Source of the DNA: Candidatus Kapaibacterium sp.
GTDB taxonomy: Bacteria; Bacteroidota; Ignavibacteria; Kapaibacteriales; UBA2268
Assembly: GCA_963664875.1 (NCBI GenBank)
Contig: OY761611.1
Location: 1,056,001 to 1,120,000 of the forward strand
Length of the DNA stretch: 64,000 nucleotides
Direction: 5' to 3'
Positions 59,807 to 64,000 of the stretch are shown one piece after another. Numbering within the stretch: position 1 is the stretch's first letter; every line of letters starts with the position of its first letter. The notes beneath the pieces are model-generated. The model did no database searches, was not told the origin of the DNA, and was given only the letters and a program-made list of their open reading frames with translations. A program made the position numbers and the translations under genes.

Positions 59807-61117
59807 CTATTCTCCTTTTATGAGTTTATAAGAAATAGCCGTGTCAGCGTAAACTAGCTGAAGAATATACATACCTTTAGCAAGTTTGTCCAGAATTAGA
59901 GTAATACCTTCTTCATTCGAATTTATCTGAACGAGATAAGTAACTTCTCTTCCACCTTCATCAAATACTTTGATGTTTTCTCTTGGGATGAAATATTCGC
60001 AAGGAAGGAAAACCTGATTTGTAGTAGGGTTAGGATATAATACAGTTACTTCCAAGTCTTCAACTATACTTGAATCAAAGTAGTATTTACCGGCGGATAA
60101 TTGATAAGCTGCTCCAATTATTATATCTTCTCTCGAAATTATTGGAGAAGGCCAACTATATGTATAATGATGAGCTTCGTTGTAAATAATATTTTTATGA
60201 TTCAAATCATAAATAAAACACAAGTCATTTCTTGTAAGCAACAAATAATTTATATTTTTAAAAAAGTTTATAATGCCCGAGTGTTGAAGACCAGACACAT
60301 TAAATGTATTGTCAATAATTATTTTTTTGTTAATGTCAAAAATAAAAAAACCCATGTGGTCTTAATCGTTAGAATTATGTCTAAATGCTCCTGAAACAAA
60401 CAATAAATCAGAATCAGAAGGAGAAAATTCTATGTCTGCAGGATTGCCCCGTTCGTTTGAGGATTCAGGCATTAAGGGATAATCCACAACTAATTTATTT
60501 GTTTCAGTCTCCCAAACACGAAGGTGAGACTTCCCATCATTAACTGCTGCGAAATACTTACAATCTGCCGAAATAGTAAAATAGAAAGGGTCGTCATGTT
60601 GATCTTCTGTTGTAAGTTCAAATTTTTCGGTAAGTGATTCCAAATCGTAAACTCGAATTTCATTTGAGTAACTGAAGTTTCCTGCATCATTAAATTGATA
60701 TTCTAAACTTAAGTATATATTGTTTCTGTTTGTGTCAATTGTTAAATTTTTGTATTGTATTTCCCAACCATCTTTTACAGTAGGCAGAGTTTCATCCTGA
60801 ATAATATTCATCTCATTCAGATCTACCTTAACAAGGCTTGCTCCTGAAAGTACTAAAGCAGTTTGCCCGCCTTTCATAAGCTCAAACTTAGAGGCATCAA
60901 TTTCAACGAGGCGACGAATCAGTTCACCTGTTTCACTGTTATGTACAGCTATATCCACATTAGACCCGGCAACAAATTCCTCATCGTTATTGATGAAACG
61001 AAGCATAAAAACATTTTTATCCGGCGTAGGCACCGACCATAAAAACTTCATTTCACCCGCCTGTGTGGCAAGTGTCAGGAGAATAAAAAGAGGTAAAAAG
61101 AGTAAAGAAAGTCGCAT
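59807..61117 (-). pseudogene. Array copy 1 (promoter-proximal), interrupted by an in-frame TAA at 60362-60364
   Basis: HNSND*DHMG versus HNSKDEDHQG in copy 3 (GAA to TAA). Both halves are in one frame, 437 codons from ATG 61117. Confidence 0.85.
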
Positions 61118-61204
61118 ATATCTAATCCTGTTTTGCATTATTGATTTATTACATAATAAGCAGGATTTCGTTCATACAGAAGCGGAATTTTTAGATTTAG
61201 ATAT

Positions 61205-61232
61205 AAAAAAAGCTGCCCTATCGGACAGCTTA
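61205..61232 (-). terminator. Terminator after the 2-oxoacid oxidoreductase operon
   Basis: AAAAAAAGCTGCCC-tatc-GGACAGCTT hairpin, giving a U-tail on the minus strand. Confidence 0.75.
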
Positions 61233-61256
61233 ATATATCTAATTAATATCAGATTC

Positions 61257-61793
61257 TTATTTTACAAAGCTCGCACCTACTTCGAAGGCTTGCTTGTTCA
61301 ATGGAATAAGTTTATGGTGGCGTTCAGGAAGTACTTGTTCCAATGCTTTGAAAATAGTTTCAGGAGCAACTGTACTAGTACCTTGGATAAATGCACCAAG
61401 CATAATCATATTCAATACTTTGATGTTTTTCAACTTAACAGCTTCTTCAGAGCCCGGTATAGCATAGATTTTAATATCTGTGCGAGTAGGAGCTTTCAAG
61501 ATATTTGTGCTGTCATAAAACATACATCCGCCCGGTTTGATTCTGCTTTCGAATTTATCAACAGAAGGTTGGTTCAAAGCAACAACCGAATCAAACATAG
61601 AGATATATGGAGAGCTAACTTTTCTATCAGAAACGATAGTAGTTGCGTTAGCAGTACCGCCGCGCATTTCCGGACCGTAAGAAGGCATCCAGCATACTTC
61701 TTTGTCTTCGATCATGCCTGCATAAGCAAGGATCATACCCATAGAAAGTACACCCTGTCCGCCAAATCCTGCAAAAATAGCTTCTTGTGTCAT
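61257..61793 (-). CDS. 2-oxoacid:ferredoxin oxidoreductase gamma subunit
   Basis: AGFGGQGV, PSYGPEMRGGTA, NMIMLGA. Confidence 0.95.
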   Translation of the reverse strand: MTQEAIFAGFGGQGVLSMGMILAYAGMIEDKEVCWMPSYGPEMRGGTANATTIVSDRKVSSPYISMFDSVVALNQPSVDKFESRIKPGGCMFYDSTNILKAPTRTDIKIYAIPGSEEAVKLKNIKVLNMIMLGAFIQGTSTVAPETIFKALEQVLPERHHKLIPLNKQAFEVGASFVK

Positions 61794-61794
61794 A

Positions 61795-62598
61795 TTACTT
61801 CACCTCCGGTACTTTAATGTCGCCAAGCGGATAATAAGGAATCATTTTTTCTTCAACGAATTTGTTTGATTGCAATGGAGTCATTTTCCAGTTAGATGGG
61901 CAGTTAGAAACCACTTCAACCATGCAATATCCGAGACCTTCCTGTTGGTATTTGATAGCTTTCTGAATAGCTTTTTTGAGTTTTCTTACGTTAGCAGCAG
62001 TATGTACTGACTGACGTGTAACATAAGCAACACCCGGTAATGGAGCAATCATATCAGAAATTTTCAAAGGATGTCCCATAGTTTCAACGTCTCTACCAAA
62101 AGGAGAAGTAGAAGAAACCATACCCGGTAAGGTAGTAGGAGCCATCTGACCGCTGGTCATACCATAGATACCGTTATTCACAAATATAGTAAGGATTTTT
62201 TCGCCTCTGTTGGCAGCGTGTACAGTTTCAGCAGTACCGATAGCAGCCAAGTCGCCGTCACCTTGATATGTGAAAACGAATCTTTCAGGGAAAACGCGTT
62301 TGATACCTGTAGCTACAGCACAAGCTCTACCGTGAGCAGCTTCAGACATATCTACGTTCATGTAGTGATATGCAAATACAGAACAACCAACCGGTGCAAC
62401 ACCGATAGTATCATTTTGCAATCCCATTTCTTTTACAACTTCCATAAGCACTTTGTGAATAGTGCCATGACCGCAACCAGGGCAGTAATGGAGAGGCGTA
62501 TCAGTAAGTGTTTCAGGTTTATCCCAAACGATATTTTCTTTTTGGCATATTTCTTCAGGTGCAAAACCTTCAGCCACATTCATTGTATTTTCAGCCAT
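61795..62598 (-). CDS. vorA: 2-oxoacid:ferredoxin oxidoreductase beta (TPP-binding) subunit, VorA-type
   Basis: HYCPGCGHG, PVGC, AHGRA, YQGDGD...NNGIYGMTSGQ. Confidence 0.9.
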   Translation of the reverse strand: MAENTMNVAEGFAPEEICQKENIVWDKPETLTDTPLHYCPGCGHGTIHKVLMEVVKEMGLQNDTIGVAPVGCSVFAYHYMNVDMSEAAHGRACAVATGIKRVFPERFVFTYQGDGDLAAIGTAETVHAANRGEKILTIFVNNGIYGMTSGQMAPTTLPGMVSSTSPFGRDVETMGHPLKISDMIAPLPGVAYVTRQSVHTAANVRKLKKAIQKAIKYQQEGLGYCMVEVVSNCPSNWKMTPLQSNKFVEEKMIPYYPLGDIKVPEVK

Positions 62599-63668
62599 TA
62601 CTTGCCTCCTTCAATAAACATTTTTTCGAAGTTTTCAAGGATTTCTTCAGGAGAAGGAATCATACCGCCTGCACGACCAAAGAACTTAACATCAGTTTTG
62701 CCGTTTACAGAAAGTCTTACGTCTTCCACCATTTGACCGTAGTTCATCTCTACGTCAAAGATACCTTTTACTTTTGGTGCAGTTTCAGCATAGATTTCAG
62801 TTGGGAAAGGGAACAAAGAGATAGGTCTGATTAGACCGATTTTGTAACCTTTTTCTCTACCTAATTCCATAGCTTTCATACAGATTCTTGCACCTAGACC
62901 AAAGCCTGTAAATACGTATTCAGCATCTTCTAAGTTCATTGTTTCATAGCGAACTTCGTTTTCCTGAATAGTTTTGTACTTACGTTGAAGGTGAAGGTTA
63001 ACCTGTTCCATTTTTTCGGATTCGATGTGAAGAGAAGTGATGTATCTTCTGTCAGCATCTTTAGGTTTGCCTGTGTGAGCCCATTCAGGGAACTCAGTTT
63101 TGCGAGGCATTTGATCGAAAAGTTCAACTTTTTCCATCATCTGACCGATAGCACCATCAGCAAGAATCATAACAGGATTGCGGTATTTTTCAGCTAAATC
63201 AAAACCATCTCTAACGAAATCAACCATTTCCTGAACGCTTGATGGAGCAAGCACGATCATTTTATAATCGCCATGTCCGCCACCTTTTACAGCTTGGAAA
63301 TAGTCTGCCTGAGAAGGCTGGATAGTACCAAGACCAGGGCCACCACGGTTTACGTTACATAAAACGCAAGGAAGCTCAGCGCCTGCGATGTAAGAAATAC
63401 CTTCCATCATTAGTGACATACCAGGAGAAGAAGAAGTAGTCATTACTCTTTTACCTGTTCCGGCAGCACCATAAATCATATTGATAGAAGCCACTTCAGA
63501 TTCAGCTTGAAGCACAACCATACCAGTTCTTGCATTTGCTTCGTTTGCTAAATATTCTAATACTTCGGATTGTGGAGTGATAGGGTATCCAAAATAGGCA
63601 TCACAACCGGCTCTAATCATAGCCTCTGCGAGTGCCTCATTACCTTTCATAAGTTTGATTTCACCCAT
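62598..63668 (-). CDS. vorB: 2-oxoacid:ferredoxin oxidoreductase alpha subunit, VorB-type
   Basis: LMKGNEA, GYPITPQSE, QAESE, TSSSPG, RGGPGLG, EMNYGQM. Confidence 0.92.
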   Translation of the reverse strand: MGEIKLMKGNEALAEAMIRAGCDAYFGYPITPQSEVLEYLANEANARTGMVVLQAESEVASINMIYGAAGTGKRVMTTSSSPGMSLMMEGISYIAGAELPCVLCNVNRGGPGLGTIQPSQADYFQAVKGGGHGDYKMIVLAPSSVQEMVDFVRDGFDLAEKYRNPVMILADGAIGQMMEKVELFDQMPRKTEFPEWAHTGKPKDADRRYITSLHIESEKMEQVNLHLQRKYKTIQENEVRYETMNLEDAEYVFTGFGLGARICMKAMELGREKGYKIGLIRPISLFPFPTEIYAETAPKVKGIFDVEMNYGQMVEDVRLSVNGKTDVKFFGRAGGMIPSPEEILENFEKMFIEGGK

Positions 63669-63701
63669 GGCGTATCCTTATTAACTTAATTATTTAAATT
63701 A

Positions 63702-63929
63702 TTAATTCTTTTTAGTTTTTCTGTAAACAGTAATAACAGAATCCGGACACATCAACGCACAACTTGTACAGCCAGTACAGTTTTTATTTACATTCACTGC
63801 GTAGCGATAACCTTTTTGGTTGATTGTATCAGCGAGGGCAAGAGTATTTTCAGGACAAGCGTCTATACACAGTTCGCAGCCCTTGCATCTTTCGATGTCT
63901 ATTATTACTTCGCCAAATACTTTAGCCAT
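63702..63929 (-). CDS. 2[4Fe-4S] ferredoxin, oxidoreductase delta subunit
   Basis: CKGCELCIDACP and CTGCTSCALMCPD. Confidence 0.95.
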   Translation of the reverse strand: MAKVFGEVIIDIERCKGCELCIDACPENTLALADTINQKGYRYAVNVNKNCTGCTSCALMCPDSVITVYRKTKKN

Positions 63930-64000
63930 TACTACCTCGGCTTTATGTTAATCGAAAAAATTTGATTCAATTGTTTATTGCCTCAGCTAAGAAATTAAAT

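Larger units (their letters stand above)
53213..61090 (-). repeat. Tandem direct repeat of six ~1.31-kb gene-sized units plus a 29-nt terminal stub
   Basis: Stop codons at 53244, 54560, 55873, 57190, 58500 and 59807 (periods 1316, 1313, 1317, 1310, 1307 nt), recurrent near-identical blocks. Confidence 0.97.

Noticed and set aside
60362-60364. Stop-codon reassignment or programmed readthrough in copy 1
   Set aside because: TAA is the ordinary stop for many genes in the window, and a single GAA to TAA change explains it
53244-61117. Diversity-generating retroelement as the cause of array variation, prompted by the Avd-like gene at 34883
   Set aside because: No reverse transcriptase or non-coding template repeat in the window. 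Differences involve all bases and indels over hundreds of nt rather than adenine-only changes, and the Avd-like gene is 18 kb away inside the flagellar operon
53244-61117. Shufflon or invertible locus
   Set aside because: All units are in direct orientation, with no inverted crossover sites or recombinase gene nearby
1-64000. Short antisense or overlapping ORFs in the track (e.g. 35854-36615, 60990-61817, 62218-62736) and extended starts for folD, hpf, the MalK-type ATPase and the 255-2330 ORF
   Set aside because: They are shadows of well-supported genes on the other strand or frame. The extensions overlap neighbours or precede the family-typical start
1-64000. CRISPR arrays, tRNA/rRNA genes, IS elements, prophage
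   Set aside because: No short regularly spaced repeat-spacer pattern, cloverleaf, rRNA-like tract, transposase or phage gene was recognised by eye. Small ncRNAs cannot be excluded without a covariance-model scan

Overview
AT-rich bacterial chromosome segment. Type IX secretion (T9SS) parts and cargo occur together with a diderm flagellar cluster, HprK and a 2-oxoacid:ferredoxin oxidoreductase operon. By inference this fits an FCB-group organism such as Ca. Kapabacteria or Ignavibacteria. Housekeeping genes are rluA-family, folD, dnaE, an ABC ATPase, an ABC-F, an isocitrate/isopropylmalate-family dehydrogenase, yyaL-like, dsbD, hprK, hpf, accD, ydbS/T, ftsW, murD, def and a vor-type operon. 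Three unusual structures stand out. (1) 53213-61117 holds six head-to-tail ~1.31-kb paralogues of a T9SS-secreted, probably beta-propeller protein. Their variable blocks are shuffled between copies at invariant anchor segments, two copies are inactivated by single lesions, and a 29-nt stub records the original duplication junction. This is a candidate recombination-driven surface-protein diversification locus. (2) 10960-12446 holds two related, AT-rich exported proteins bracketed by two cryptic RHS-core fragments, a probable orphan-immunity or decayed polymorphic-toxin cassette. (3) The flagellar operon (30978-40940) has CsrA-type ANGGAN hexaloop hairpins in three gene leaders and a candidate sigma-28 promoter inside a four-helix-bundle gene. 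It has no flgM at the usual position, a FlgJ fused to a lytic transglycosylase, and motA followed by a beta-barrel gene instead of motB. No rRNA, tRNA, CRISPR array, transposase, integrase or reverse transcriptase was recognised. All family calls come from motif recognition by eye, not database searches.
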